A stretch of 64,000 bases of DNA from positions 227 to 64,226 of the forward strand of contig VGJS01000018.1 of assembly GCA_016867395.1 (NCBI GenBank), in the 5' to 3' direction. Source of the DNA: Candidatus Handelsmanbacteria bacterium. Lineage in GTDB: Bacteria; Latescibacterota; UBA2968; UBA8231. Each line of letters begins with the position of its first letter. Within the stretch, counting starts at the first letter, position 1. The notes beneath the pieces were generated by a model. It had not been told where the DNA came from. It ran no database searches and saw only the letters and a program-made list of their open reading frames with translations. A program made the position numbers and the translations under genes. Of this stretch, positions 25,324-36,222 are shown one piece after another.

Positions 25324-26130
25324 CTACCCCTGCTTGCGGTACAGCTCCTCAAACCTGTCCCTGGCCTTCCATTTGAGCAGGCGCGCCGCCTTGTCGGCGC
25401 GGTACTTGCCGTGGGGCAGGTCGGCGCAGATGAAGAAGACCTCGTGCGGGGAGGGCATCCTGGGGGCGCGCAGCCCGCAGAGGAAGGATTCGCCGGTGTC
25501 CTCCCAGGAGGTGGAGAAGGGGTGGAGCCCCCGGCCCAGGTCCTCGGGGGTGAGGTGGCGGGGCCGGAAGCTGCAGAACAGATAGGTTAGCACCTCCAGG
25601 CCGCTCTCCCGGGCGAAGCAGTCAGTGATCTTCAGGCCGAGGTACTTGGTCAGGGCGTAGAGGTCATCGCCAGGGTGCAGGGGCACCTCGGGGGCCACCT
25701 GGAAATCGTTCCAGTAGTCGGCCTCGTGCCCCAGGGAGGTGTGGTACGGCCCGGTGTGGATCAGGCGCTTCAGCCCGCACTCGGCCGCGGCCCTGGCCAG
25801 GTTGTAGGCCCCCACCATGCTGACGGTGAAGGCCAGCACCGGGTGGGGCCGCACCACCGTCAGGTTGATGGCCGCCTGCATCCCTTTGCAGGCGTCGAGC
25901 ACCTGCTCGTAGTTGGTGATGTCCACCACCCGGTTCTCGTGGGGAGCGCTCAAAAGCTCGGGCACCGGGGCGCGCGGGCCCTGGGGGGAGGGGGCCCCGG
26001 CGATCTCAGTCATGGGCTTGAGGTCCGTCACCTTCAAGGTGTAGTGGTCCTTGAGGGACTGGATGGCCGCCGCACCCACCGGGCCACCGGCCCCGAAGAT
26101 CACCACCTTGCCCTTCTTCACCGCCGCCAT
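25324..26130 (-). CDS. NAD-dependent epimerase/dehydratase family protein
   Basis: Internal ATG MAAVKKGKVVIFGAGGPVGAAAIQSL (GxGGxxG Rossmann motif) of ORF 25324..26250(-). An AAGGAGGG RBS lies in the end of the upstream gene. Confidence 0.8.
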   Translation of the reverse strand: MAAVKKGKVVIFGAGGPVGAAAIQSLKDHYTLKVTDLKPMTEIAGAPSPQGPRAPVPELLSAPHENRVVDITNYEQVLDACKGMQAAINLTVVRPHPVLAFTVSMVGAYNLARAAAECGLKRLIHTGPYHTSLGHEADYWNDFQVAPEVPLHPGDDLYALTKYLGLKITDCFARESGLEVLTYLFCSFRPRHLTPEDLGRGLHPFSTSWEDTGESFLCGLRAPRMPSPHEVFFICADLPHGKYRADKAARLLKWKARDRFEELYRKQG

Positions 26131-26131
26131 C

Positions 26132-26734
26132 TCAGCTGCCCTCCTTGTTCGCTGCAAAGCGGCCCGCCGTGGCCACGTGGTGGATGGACCAGTGGTGGTG
26201 CCGCTCCTCCCGCTGGTGGACCAGGGCCGTCTCCACGGCCCGGAGCGCATCGGCCCCGCTGGTACCCTCAGGCGCGTCCAGCTCGCCCAGGCGCAGGCAG
26301 ATCACCTCGATCCTGCCGAGGCGGGCGATCTCGCGGCAGACCAGTTCGGCCATATACGGGGCCAAGGCCGGCTCTTCTGGGCGGGGGCGGGGCTCCCAGT
26401 CGGGGCCCACCAAGTATGCGGCCGGGTACGCCTCCAGCAGCGAGAGCCGGCTGATGAGCACCAGCCGGGGGACCCCCGCCTGGCAGGCCCCCTGCACCAG
26501 GACGTAGGTGGAGCGGGCCACCAGGTCCAAAAGCTCGCCCGCGGCGCCGCCGGAGGGGGGCGCAAAGGGCAGGGTGTGGACAATGGCCTGCGCCCCCTGC
26601 AGGAGGGCGGCCACCTGTTCGGGGGAGCGCAGGTCCACCCCGGCACCGGCAGGCGTTGTTTGGTGCGCCGGGGCCAGCCCCCGGCACACCAGGGCGCCCA
26701 AAGGCTGATCGGAGCCGGTCACGACAACTTTCAT
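26132..26734 (-). CDS. NAD(P)-binding (short atypical epimerase-like) domain protein
   Basis: Internal ATG MKVVVTGSDQPLGALVCRGL... of ORF 26132..26869(-), 200 aa, tightly packed with the downstream epimerase gene. Confidence 0.6.
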   Translation of the reverse strand: MKVVVTGSDQPLGALVCRGLAPAHQTTPAGAGVDLRSPEQVAALLQGAQAIVHTLPFAPPSGGAAGELLDLVARSTYVLVQGACQAGVPRLVLISRLSLLEAYPAAYLVGPDWEPRPRPEEPALAPYMAELVCREIARLGRIEVICLRLGELDAPEGTSGADALRAVETALVHQREERHHHWSIHHVATAGRFAANKEGS

Positions 26735-26750
26735 CGCGCTTGTCGCCTTT

Positions 26751-27539
26751 CTACCAAGAGAGCTTGGAGGAGAGGTTGTGGAAGAAGTAGTTCGAGTGGA
26801 AATAGACCAGACGGGCGCTCTGTTCGGAGCGGCAGATATGCACCTCCTGCCTGGGGCTGATGGTGCCAAGTTGCCGGCCGTCCACTGTCAAATACACGTA
26901 CGGGTCCCTGGTCTGGGGGCTGATGTAGAGCCGCAGCCGCGACTCGGGTGTGAGGATGAGGGAGCGGGAGGTGAAGTTGTACTCGTTGATGCCGTCGAGG
27001 ATGATGCAACGCACGTCGGGCATGACGATGGGCGCCCCGGCGGCCAGCAGGAAGGCGGTGCTGCCGGTGGGGGTGCCCACCACCACCCCGTCCCCCTGGA
27101 TGGTGCGAATCTTGGTGTCGTCCACGTACACGTCGGTGAAGATCAGCCGGTTGCTGGTGCGCATGATCACCTCGTTGATCGCCCGCGCCTCGCCCCCCGG
27201 GTACTTGCACTGGAGCACCAGCCGCTCACTGATGAAGAAGCGGCCCTCCAGCAGGAAGGCTATGATCTGCTCCAGGTCGCGGCGGTCGCCGGCGGTGAGG
27301 AAGCCCACGTTGCCAAAGTTGATGGCCAGCACCGGGCAGCCCGGATAGAGATCCAGGGCCTTGAGCACCGTGCCGTCCCCGCCCAGGGCCACCACCAGGT
27401 CCAGCGCCGCGGCGGAACCGCCACCCGCGTCAAGGCGCAGGGCCTCCACTTGGTGCTGGCCGAAGAGGTCCTGGGCCTCCTGCATCATGCGGGGGTGGAC
27501 CTCGTCGCGGGGCAGGATGCCCACCTTGCGCAGTTTCAA
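26751..27539 (-). CDS. nadK: NAD(+) kinase
   Basis: Full ORF, 262 aa. Contains the GGDGT motif (VVALGGDGTVLKAL), NFGNVGFLT and GDGVVVGTPTGSTAFLLAAGAPI. Confidence 0.85.
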   Translation of the reverse strand: MKLRKVGILPRDEVHPRMMQEAQDLFGQHQVEALRLDAGGGSAAALDLVVALGGDGTVLKALDLYPGCPVLAINFGNVGFLTAGDRRDLEQIIAFLLEGRFFISERLVLQCKYPGGEARAINEVIMRTSNRLIFTDVYVDDTKIRTIQGDGVVVGTPTGSTAFLLAAGAPIVMPDVRCIILDGINEYNFTSRSLILTPESRLRLYISPQTRDPYVYLTVDGRQLGTISPRQEVHICRSEQSARLVYFHSNYFFHNLSSKLSW

Positions 27540-27553
27540 GACCCGGCCTTCCC

Positions 27554-28465
27554 TCAGCCCTGGCGGGCCTGCACGCCGGCCTGCGCTTCGTAGGCTTTGA
27601 TAAGGGCCTGGGTGCCCTCCTCGGCGGCGCCGGCCCGCTCGACGATGTTGAAGTACTGGTGGGCCAGGCTTACCCCGGGCAGGGCCAGTTTGACGTCGTT
27701 GGCCGCCCCCAGCACCAGCTTGAGGTCCTTCTGCTGGAGCCGCACCATGAAGCCGGGGGCAAAGTCGCCCTTGAGGATGCGCGGTCCCAGGTTGCTCAAC
27801 TGCCAGGAACCGGCCGCCCCGCCGCTAATGGCGTTGACCACCTTCTCCACATCCAGGCCAGAGGCGGCGGCCAGCATCAGGGCCTCGACCATGGCCAGGT
27901 TGTTCACCGAGACGGCGATCTGGTTGCACAGCTTGGTGGTCTGGCCGGCCCCGTGCCCGCCGATGAGGATGATCTTCTTGCCCATCGCCTCGAAGACCGG
28001 CAGGCACTCGTCGAAAACCTTCTGGTCCCCGCCCACCATGATCGACAAGGTCCCATTCTGGGCGCCCACGTCCCCCCCGCTGACCGGGGCATCGAGCATC
28101 GCGACACCCTTCTTCTCCAGCGCGGCGGCCACCTCCTGGGTGGCTCTGGGGGAGACAGTGCTCATGTCGATGACCACTGCCCCGCGCCCCGCCCCGTGGA
28201 TCACCCCCTCCTCCCCCAGGATGACCGCCTCCATGTCGGGGGTATCGGTGACCATGGTGATGATCACGTCGCTGGCCGCGGCCACCTCGCGGGGGGACTT
28301 GCACAACACCGCGCCGGCCTCCACCGCCTGGCGGACCCGGGGGCGGTCGCTGCGGTTGTAGGCCCGTACCTGAAAACCGGCCTTGAGCAGGTTGAGGGTC
28401 ATGGGTGCACCCATGATCCCCAGGCCAATGAAGCCGATCCTCGTCTTGCCTGGCTGGGCTGGCAT
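27554..28465 (-). CDS. NAD(P)-dependent 3-hydroxyisobutyrate/2-hydroxy-3-oxopropionate reductase family oxidoreductase
   Basis: Full ORF, 303 aa: RIGFIGLGIMGAPMTLNLLKAGF, VIDMSTVSP, DAPVSGGDVGAQNGTLSIMVGG, GAGQTTKLCNQ. Confidence 0.85.
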   Translation of the reverse strand: MPAQPGKTRIGFIGLGIMGAPMTLNLLKAGFQVRAYNRSDRPRVRQAVEAGAVLCKSPREVAAASDVIITMVTDTPDMEAVILGEEGVIHGAGRGAVVIDMSTVSPRATQEVAAALEKKGVAMLDAPVSGGDVGAQNGTLSIMVGGDQKVFDECLPVFEAMGKKIILIGGHGAGQTTKLCNQIAVSVNNLAMVEALMLAAASGLDVEKVVNAISGGAAGSWQLSNLGPRILKGDFAPGFMVRLQQKDLKLVLGAANDVKLALPGVSLAHQYFNIVERAGAAEEGTQALIKAYEAQAGVQARQG

Positions 28466-28486
28466 CGCTCAACTCTCCCTTCTTTT

Positions 28487-30292
28487 TCAGAACGTGAAGC
28501 CGAAGTGGTGGCGGTTGTCCTCGATCTGGGCGTTGGCGTAGAGGCGGTCGAACCAGATCTGCAGCGCCTCGTTCTGGCGCTGGCGAAGCACCTGTTCGGC
28601 CAGTTGCACGACGGTGGCCTGGAACTGGCTCTCGTCGGCGGGGACCTTCTCCACCAGACGGAGCAGATAGGCCCCGCGCGGTAGGGTGACAACCTCGCTC
28701 ACCTCGCCCGGCTGCAGGCGGAAGGCCGCCCGGGTGAAGGCGTTGTTGCGGCCCACCCCCGGCACCTGGTCGGCCCGGGCGAAGGGCTCGGTGGTACGGG
28801 CCTCCAACCCCAGGCCCGCGGCTACCTGGACCCAGTTGGCCTGGCCCCGCAGGCCCTGGAGGAGCTGGCCGGCCCGCTCGGCCTTCTTCTGGTTGAGCAC
28901 CGCCCGCTCCACCTGCTGGCGCACGTCGTCGAGGGAGGCCGTGCCCTTGGGGCGGCTCTCCTTGGACTGGGCCAGCCAGAAGAACTGCTCGTTGGCGCCC
29001 TGGCCCAGCTCGCCGGCGGAGTGCTGCAGGAAGAGGTTCACCAGCCAGGCCGAGCCCTCGCCAAGGCCGGGCACCTGGCGGCCCCGCCCCACAAAGCCGC
29101 TGTCGCGCACCTCCAGGCCGGCCTCCTGGGCGGCGGTCTCGATGCCTTTCGCCCCGGCCGCCTCGCGCAGCGCCTCAATCCTGGCGCGCAGAGCGTCCTC
29201 GGTCTCTCCCGAAGGAGCGAACTTGAGCAGGATGTGGCGGGCCTGGACCTGTTCCTGGCCTTGCTGGTCAATGCCGCGATTCTCAACCTTGATCAGGTGC
29301 AGGCCAAAAGGCGTGAGCACCGGCTCGGAGACCTCGCCCGGCTTGAGGGCAAAGGCGGCCTCCTCGAAGGGCTTGACCATGCGGCCGCGGGTGAAGGGCC
29401 CCAGGTCGCCGCCGGCGCTGGCCGAGCCGGGATCCTCGGACATGCTCTTGGCCAGTTCGGCGAAGTCGGCCCCCTCCAGGATCTCCTGCCGCAACTGGGC
29501 GGCGTCCTGGGCCAGGCGCAGCGAGTCGGCGGCGCTGGGCAGGCGGGGCAGCACCACGTAGGCCAGACGCACCTGGTCACCGTGCTGGAACTCGCTCTGG
29601 TGCTCCTGGTAGTAGGCTTGCAGATCCGCGGGAACAACGCTCATCTCGCTGTCCTTGAGCTTGTTGCCGGGGGAGAAGACGTACTCGACCTTGACCTTCT
29701 CGTTGTGATCGAGAAAGAACTGGCGCACCTCGGCCGGGCTGGCCTGTACCCCTTCGCTCACCAAGCGCTGCAGCTTGTAGTTGAGCAACTGGTTGTGGAT
29801 CAGGTTCTCCACCTGCAACACGAAGGATTTGTTGGCCGGCTCGGCGTAGGTCTGCGGGTCGTTGATAAACTGAGTGTACTTATCGAAGTCGAACTTGCCC
29901 TCGGTCTGGAACGCGGTGATGGCCTGCACCTCCCGGGGGGGCTGGTTGCGGGTGTAAAAAGCCAGTTCCTGATCGCTGACCGCGATGCCCAGCCGCTCGA
30001 TCTCCTGGGCGGCCAGCAACTCGCGGATCAGCCCGTCCCAGACCTCGCCCACCAGTTGATCGTCCTGGACCTTGCGGCCCTGGCTCTGCTCCATGCGAGC
30101 GGCGTTGCGGAGGGCCTGGCGGAACTCCTCCAGCCCGATGGCGCGGCCGTTTACCGTCCCCACTGTCTCGCCGGCCTTGGCCTGGGAGGTCTGCGAAAAG
30201 TCGGCGCCCCATTCGACGACTATCAGGGCGATGAAAGCAAAGATCACGATCCACAGGACGATGGCCGTGTTCTGCCGCAGGGTCGTCATCAT
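28487..30292 (-). CDS. periplasmic chaperone / peptidyl-prolyl isomerase (PpiD/SurA-N plus parvulin domain)
   Basis: Internal [31 protein letters not shown] (N-terminal TM anchor) of ORF 28487..30466(-). Rotamase block: [50 protein letters not shown]. There is a 4-nt overlap with the upstream gene's stop. Confidence 0.8.
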   Translation of the reverse strand: MMTTLRQNTAIVLWIVIFAFIALIVVEWGADFSQTSQAKAGETVGTVNGRAIGLEEFRQALRNAARMEQSQGRKVQDDQLVGEVWDGLIRELLAAQEIERLGIAVSDQELAFYTRNQPPREVQAITAFQTEGKFDFDKYTQFINDPQTYAEPANKSFVLQVENLIHNQLLNYKLQRLVSEGVQASPAEVRQFFLDHNEKVKVEYVFSPGNKLKDSEMSVVPADLQAYYQEHQSEFQHGDQVRLAYVVLPRLPSAADSLRLAQDAAQLRQEILEGADFAELAKSMSEDPGSASAGGDLGPFTRGRMVKPFEEAAFALKPGEVSEPVLTPFGLHLIKVENRGIDQQGQEQVQARHILLKFAPSGETEDALRARIEALREAAGAKGIETAAQEAGLEVRDSGFVGRGRQVPGLGEGSAWLVNLFLQHSAGELGQGANEQFFWLAQSKESRPKGTASLDDVRQQVERAVLNQKKAERAGQLLQGLRGQANWVQVAAGLGLEARTTEPFARADQVPGVGRNNAFTRAAFRLQPGEVSEVVTLPRGAYLLRLVEKVPADESQFQATVVQLAEQVLRQRQNEALQIWFDRLYANAQIEDNRHHFGFTF

Positions 30293-31323
30293 GACTTGTT
30301 CTTCTCCTGGCTCTCTTGGGTAGGTTGCAATTGGCTCTCGGCCGCCCCCGCGCCCGGATGGCGCAGCAGACAGGCCACCTGGTGGCCGCCCCCCAGATCC
30401 GCGAGGGCGGGCACCAGGTGGGTGCAGCGATCCTGGCGCTCTGGGCAGCGGGGGTGGAAGGGGCAACCCGGCGGCACCGCCGCCGGATTCGGCACGTCTC
30501 CCTGCAGGACCTGGCGCTGCCGCCGCGCCCCCGGACCGGGCGAAGGCACCGCCGAGAGCAGGGCCCGGGTGTAGGGATGGGAGGGGGCGGCGTAGAGCCG
30601 GTCGCGCTCGGCCAACTCGACGATGCGCCCCAGGTACATCACCGCCACCCAGTCGGAGATGTGCCGGACCACGCTCAGATCGTGGGCGATGAACATGTAG
30701 GTCAGGCCCAGGTCCCGCTGCAGGTCCTGCAAGAGATTCACGATCTGGGCTTGCACCGAGACGTCGAGGGCCGAGACCGGCTCGTCGGCGACAATGAAAC
30801 GCGGCTCCACCGCCAGGGCCCGGGCGATGCCGACGCGCTGGCGCTGCCCGCCGCTGAACTCGTGCGGGTACCGCCGCGCCGCGCCGGCCGGCAACCCGAC
30901 CAAGTCCAGCAGCCGCCCCACCTGCCTTTCCAGCCCCTCGCCCTGGGCCAGGTGATGGATCTTGAGCCCCTCGCCGATGATGCCGCCCACCGTCAACCTT
31001 GGATTCAAGGAACTGTAGGGGTCCTGAAAAATGATCTGCAATTGCCGCCGCCGCGCCCGCATCTGCTCGGAGGGCAGCGCCAGCAGGTCCACCCCCTCGA
31101 AGAGCACCTGGCCGGCGGTGGCCTCGATCAGGCGCAGGATGAGCCGGCCCAGGGTGGTCTTGCCGCAGCCGCTCTCGCCCACCACCCCCAAGGTCTCGCC
31201 CGGCCGCAGCGCCAGCGACACCCCGTCCACGGCCTTGACGTGGCCGCGCACCCCGCCCCAGATCCCCCGGCGCACCGGGAAGTGTTTCACGAGGCCCTTC
31301 AGTTCCAAAAGCGGCACCTGCAT
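30289..31323 (-). CDS. oligopeptide/dipeptide-type ABC transporter ATP-binding protein (OppF/DppF-like)
   Basis: Full ORF. Walker [10 protein letters not shown], signature FSGGQRQR, Walker B FIVADEP, and a C-terminal Cys-containing oligopeptide-type tail. Confidence 0.9.
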   Translation of the reverse strand: MQVPLLELKGLVKHFPVRRGIWGGVRGHVKAVDGVSLALRPGETLGVVGESGCGKTTLGRLILRLIEATAGQVLFEGVDLLALPSEQMRARRRQLQIIFQDPYSSLNPRLTVGGIIGEGLKIHHLAQGEGLERQVGRLLDLVGLPAGAARRYPHEFSGGQRQRVGIARALAVEPRFIVADEPVSALDVSVQAQIVNLLQDLQRDLGLTYMFIAHDLSVVRHISDWVAVMYLGRIVELAERDRLYAAPSHPYTRALLSAVPSPGPGARRQRQVLQGDVPNPAAVPPGCPFHPRCPERQDRCTHLVPALADLGGGHQVACLLRHPGAGAAESQLQPTQESQEKNKS

Positions 31324-31324
31324 C

Positions 31325-32305
31325 TCAGCCCTGCCCCGCCTTCCAGCAGCTCACCACGTGCTGCGGCCCCAGCTCCTCCAGCGGCGGGATCTGCCCCCGG
31401 CAGCGCTCCTCGGCCAAAGGGCAGCGGGGGGCGAAGCGGCAGCCTTCGGGGAAGTGCCGCGCATCGGGCACCATGCCTGGGATGATGGCCAGCCGCTCCT
31501 GCCGCTGGTCCAGGCTCGGGATGGACTGCAAAAGCCCCCGTGTATAGGGATGCAGGGGCCGGGCGAAGATCGCCGCCGGACTGGCGTGTTCGACAATCTG
31601 GCCGGCGTACATCACCGCCACCTCGTCGGCCACCTCGGCCACCACCCCCAGATCGTGGGTGATCAACAGCACCGCCATGCGCAACTCCTCGCGCAGGCGG
31701 GCCAGCAGTTCGAGGATCTGCGCCTGGATGGTCACGTCGAGGGCCGTGGTCGGCTCGTCGGCAATCAGCACCGCCGGGTTGCAGGAGAGGGCCATGGCGA
31801 TCATCACCCGCTGCCGCATGCCGCCGCTGAGCTGGTGGGGGTACTCGTCCACCCGCTGCTCGGGAGCCGGGATTCCCACCCGTTTGAGCATCTCGACGGC
31901 CCGCGCCCGCGCCTCCTCTTTAGAGACCCGCTGGTGGAGCATCACCGCCTCGGCGATCTGGTAGCCACAGGTGAGCACCGGATTGAGGCTGGTCATGGGC
32001 TCCTGAAAGATCATCGCCAGGTCGGCGCCGCGCACCTGGCACATCTCCTCCTCGGGCAGTTGCAAAAGATCGCGCCCTTCCAGCAGCACCTCGCCTTCCT
32101 CGATGCGCCCGGGGGGGATGGGCACCAGGCGCATAATGGAAAGGGCGGTCATGCTCTTGCCGCAGCCGCTTTCGCCCACCAGGCCCAGGGTCCGTCCCCG
32201 CCGTAGCGCAAAGGAGACCCCGTCCACCGCGCGGCCCACCCCGCTGTCAGTGTGGAAGTAGGTCCGCAACCGGCGGACCTGGAGGATGGGCTCGGAATCA
32301 GTCAT
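31325..32305 (-). CDS. oligopeptide/dipeptide-type ABC transporter ATP-binding protein (OppD/DppD-like)
   Basis: Full ORF. Walker [10 protein letters not shown], signature LSGGMRQR, Walker [12 protein letters not shown]. Confidence 0.9.
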   Translation of the reverse strand: MTDSEPILQVRRLRTYFHTDSGVGRAVDGVSFALRRGRTLGLVGESGCGKSMTALSIMRLVPIPPGRIEEGEVLLEGRDLLQLPEEEMCQVRGADLAMIFQEPMTSLNPVLTCGYQIAEAVMLHQRVSKEEARARAVEMLKRVGIPAPEQRVDEYPHQLSGGMRQRVMIAMALSCNPAVLIADEPTTALDVTIQAQILELLARLREELRMAVLLITHDLGVVAEVADEVAVMYAGQIVEHASPAAIFARPLHPYTRGLLQSIPSLDQRQERLAIIPGMVPDARHFPEGCRFAPRCPLAEERCRGQIPPLEELGPQHVVSCWKAGQG

Positions 32306-32308
32306 CGC

Positions 32309-33121
32309 TCAATTGGCGACGGCCCGATTCCAGGCCGGATCGCCATACTGGAGTTCCATCAGTTCCGCCGCCCTCGCCTCCTCGGCCCGGCTCAGGTGCC
32401 CCGACCGCAGCGCAACCCCCAGGCTGCGTCCAAAACCCTCGGCCAGGCACCCCGCCAGCCGGCCCAGGTCCACCGACCCCCCACACCACTGGTCCAGCGA
32501 GGTGCTGCCCTCGTCCAGGCGCCCAAACCCCTCGCCGCCCTCGGGCCGCAATTCGAGCAAGCGCCGGTGCCGTCCCCCGGTAAGCAGGGAGCCGTGCTGT
32601 AAGATGGCCCCCCGCACCCGGCGCTGGGCGCTGCCGATCAGTTTGCGCCCGCCACATTTTACCTCCCAGCGGGCCAGGCTGGAGAAGCAGGGTTCGCTCA
32701 GCCCCGTTGCCCTGGGCCTGGGGGATCGGGGCTGCCCCCGCTCCAGAGCGGCGTCCACCCCGAACAACCGCAACCCCTCCACCAGAGCCTCGCCCAGCCG
32801 GCGGTAGGTGTAGCCGATGGGGCCGCCGCATTGGGGATCATCCTCCGGGCAGATTGCGCTGTAGGTCAACTCCTCCCAGTGAAGCACCGCCCGGCCCCCG
32901 GTGAGCCTCCGCACCACCTCCACCCCGGCGGCCCGGCACTTTTCCAGGTCCACCTCGCGCCAGGGATGCTGCCCGTAGCCAAAGGAGACCGCCGGCGGCG
33001 CCCACGTGTAGACCCGCAGCACCGGCCCGCCGCTGCCCACCCCTTCGAGCAGGGCCTCGTCCACCGCCATGTTCCAGGCTCCCCGGCCCGGCCCGGTATC
33101 GAGGAAGCGCCAGGGGCTCAC
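32309..33121 (-). CDS. biotin/lipoate A/B protein ligase family protein (LplA/LipM-like)
   Basis: Full ORF, 270 aa: WNMAVDEALLEGV...VLRVYTWAPPAVSFGYGQ...VVRRLTGGRAVLH..ELTYS...KLIGSAQRR...ILQHGSLL. Confidence 0.8.
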   Translation of the reverse strand: MSPWRFLDTGPGRGAWNMAVDEALLEGVGSGGPVLRVYTWAPPAVSFGYGQHPWREVDLEKCRAAGVEVVRRLTGGRAVLHWEELTYSAICPEDDPQCGGPIGYTYRRLGEALVEGLRLFGVDAALERGQPRSPRPRATGLSEPCFSSLARWEVKCGGRKLIGSAQRRVRGAILQHGSLLTGGRHRRLLELRPEGGEGFGRLDEGSTSLDQWCGGSVDLGRLAGCLAEGFGRSLGVALRSGHLSRAEEARAAELMELQYGDPAWNRAVAN

Positions 33122-33867
33122 AGGGCGCCCAGGCGCTGTAGGGCGTCCTTGGCGGCCATCTGCTGGGCTTCCTTCTTGCTAAGGCCGCGCCCCTGGCCCA
33201 TCATGCGGCCGGTGACGCTGACCTCGACGCTGAAGATCTTGCAGTGCTCGGGGCCTTCCTCGGAGCTGACCTGGTACTTGGGGTGGCCGGCTCCCAGGCC
33301 CTGAGTGTGCTCCAACAGCTTGCTCTTGAAGTTGGTATGCTCCTCGTCGGCGATCACCTGACCCAACTCCTGCAACACCATCCGCTCGATGAAACGGCGG
33401 CAGGGCTCCAGGCCCCCGTCCAGGTACATAGCCCCGATCACCGCCTCGAAGGCATCGCTGAGGATGGAGGGCTGCCGGCCGCCGCTGGATTGGCGCTCTT
33501 CCTGGCTGAGCAGCACAAACTCCTCCAGGCCCAGGTCGCCGGCCCGGCGGGCCAGCACCGCCCGGCTCACCGCCACCGACTTGCTCTGGGTCAGGTTCCC
33601 CTCGCGCTGGTCTGGGAAGCGCCGGAACAGGGACTCGGCCACCACCAGGTCCAGCACCGCGTCCCCCAAGAATTCGAGGCGCTCGTTGGACTCCAGGCCG
33701 CGGCCCTGGTTGGCGTAGACGAAGGAGCGGTGTTTCAAAGCGTGGACCAGCAGCGCCGGGTTGCCAAAGTGATAGCCGAGGCGCTTTTCGAGGACCCGCA
33801 GCCGGGCCGGCGACAACTCCGACGGCAGCCGGCGCCAGGGGCGGAAAAGCGCGTTCAGCCAGCCCAT
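33118..33867 (-). CDS. rnc: ribonuclease III
   Basis: Full ORF. RNase III signature NERLEFLGDAVL, SDAFEAVIGAMYLD, and a C-terminal dsRBD (KSKLLEHTQ...GRGLSKKEAQQMAAKDAL). Confidence 0.9.
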   Translation of the reverse strand: MGWLNALFRPWRRLPSELSPARLRVLEKRLGYHFGNPALLVHALKHRSFVYANQGRGLESNERLEFLGDAVLDLVVAESLFRRFPDQREGNLTQSKSVAVSRAVLARRAGDLGLEEFVLLSQEERQSSGGRQPSILSDAFEAVIGAMYLDGGLEPCRRFIERMVLQELGQVIADEEHTNFKSKLLEHTQGLGAGHPKYQVSSEEGPEHCKIFSVEVSVTGRMMGQGRGLSKKEAQQMAAKDALQRLGAL

Positions 33868-33903
33868 GCGCCCCCCTGCCCCGGCGGCCCGCCATCGCCG
33901 GGC

Positions 33904-35148
33904 TCACCCCGCAAAGCGCCCAAAGACCAGGGCCACGTTGTGACCCCCGAAACCGAAGGAATTGTTCAGCGCGTACTGTAGCTGGCGCTGGCGGGGCTGA
34001 TTGGGCACGTAGTCCAGGTCGCAGGCCGGGTCCGGGGTCTCGTAGTTGATGGTGGGCGGCAGCACCCCCCGCTTGAGGGCCAGGATACAGGCGATGCTCT
34101 CGATGGCCCCGGCCGCCCCCAGCAGGTGCCCGGTCATCGACTTGGTGGAGCTGACCGCACACTTGCCCGCGTGCTCGCCCAGGACCGCCTTGATCGCCGC
34201 GGTCTCCTGGCTGTCGCCGATGGCGGTAGAGGTGCCGTGGGCGTTGATGTAGCCGATGGCCTCGGGCCCCAGGCCGGCGTCCTTGAGGGCGATGCGCATG
34301 GCCCGGACCCCGCCCTCGCCCTCGGGGGCCATGGCAGTCTGGTGGTAGGCGTCAGCGGTGAAGCCCAAGCCCAGGAATTCGCCCCAGATCTCGGCCCCGC
34401 GCTGCCGGGCGTGCTCCAACTCCTCCAGCACGATCCCCCCGCCGCCCTCGCCCATCACAAAGCCGGTGCGGTTGGCGTCGAAGGGCCGGCTGGCCTGTTC
34501 CGGCTCCTCGTTGCGGGTGGACAGGGCCTTGGCTGAGGCAAAGCCGGCCATGGAGATGGGGCTGACCGCGGCCTCGGAGCCACCGGTGATCATCACCTCG
34601 GCTTCGTCGTACTGGATCTTGCGGGCCGCCTCGCCGATGGCGTGGGCCGCCGAGGCGCAGGCCGAGACCGTGGCGTAGTTGGGGCCCTTGGCGCCCAGTT
34701 TCATGGAAATCATGCCGGGGGCCATGTCGGAGATCATCATCGGCACGTAGAAGGGACTGACCCGCCCCGGCCCCTTCTCCATGAGCACGGTGTGCTGGTC
34801 CTCGTGGGTCTGGATGCCGCCGATCCCCGAGCCCCAGATCACCCCCACCCGCTCGGGGTCCACCCGCTCCATGCTCAGGCCGGCGTGGGCAAAGGCCTGG
34901 CTAGCCACGTAGACCGCGTAGTGGGTGAAAGGGTCATTGCGCCGCACCTCCTTGCGGTCAAGGGCAGCCTCGGGGTTGAAGCCCTTGACCTCACCGGCGA
35001 TCCGCACCTCGTGTCTGGAGGCGTCGAAGCGGGTAATGGGGCCGATGCCCGAGCGGCCCGCCAGCAGGGCCGCCCAGAAGGACTCCAAATCATTGCCATT
35101 GGGGGCCAGGGCCCCCATGCCGGTGACTACTACCCTGCGTCTGGACAC
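33904..35148 (-). CDS. fabF: beta-ketoacyl-ACP synthase II
   Basis: GTG at 35148 (VSRRRVVVTGMGALAPNG) is preceded by GGGAGAA. Active-site blocks: ATVSACASAAHAIG, INAHGTSTAIGD, TKSMTGHLLGAAG, NSFGFGGHN. Confidence 0.9.
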   Translation of the reverse strand: MSRRRVVVTGMGALAPNGNDLESFWAALLAGRSGIGPITRFDASRHEVRIAGEVKGFNPEAALDRKEVRRNDPFTHYAVYVASQAFAHAGLSMERVDPERVGVIWGSGIGGIQTHEDQHTVLMEKGPGRVSPFYVPMMISDMAPGMISMKLGAKGPNYATVSACASAAHAIGEAARKIQYDEAEVMITGGSEAAVSPISMAGFASAKALSTRNEEPEQASRPFDANRTGFVMGEGGGGIVLEELEHARQRGAEIWGEFLGLGFTADAYHQTAMAPEGEGGVRAMRIALKDAGLGPEAIGYINAHGTSTAIGDSQETAAIKAVLGEHAGKCAVSSTKSMTGHLLGAAGAIESIACILALKRGVLPPTINYETPDPACDLDYVPNQPRQRQLQYALNNSFGFGGHNVALVFGRFAG

Positions 35149-35170
35149 GCTAGTTCTCCCGGGTGCAGCG

Positions 35171-35410
35171 TCAGGTTTTGCTGTGCTCCTCCAGGTACCT
35201 GATGGCGTCGGCGACGGTGGACATCTTCTCCGCGTCCTCGTCGGGGATGTCGAGGCCGAACTCCTCCTCAAAGGCCATGACCAGTTCGACGGTGTCGAGG
35301 GAGTCGGCCCCCAGGTCATCGACGAAGGAAGCCTGCGGCGTCACCTGATCCTGGGTCACGCCCAACTGCTCGACCACCAGTTCCTTGACCCGCTGTTCGA
35401 TAGAAGCCAT
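35171..35410 (-). CDS. acpP: acyl carrier protein
   Basis: 79 aa with the phosphopantetheine attachment motif [20 protein letters not shown]. Confidence 0.95.
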   Translation of the reverse strand: MASIEQRVKELVVEQLGVTQDQVTPQASFVDDLGADSLDTVELVMAFEEEFGLDIPDEDAEKMSTVADAIRYLEEHSKT

Positions 35411-35474
35411 GTATAAGGTCCTCCGTAGAAAGGGTGATTTTGGCGGTACAAAGCGATCTTGTGCCGGTGTTGCC

Positions 35475-36221
<747 letters not shown>

Positions 36222-36222
36222 C

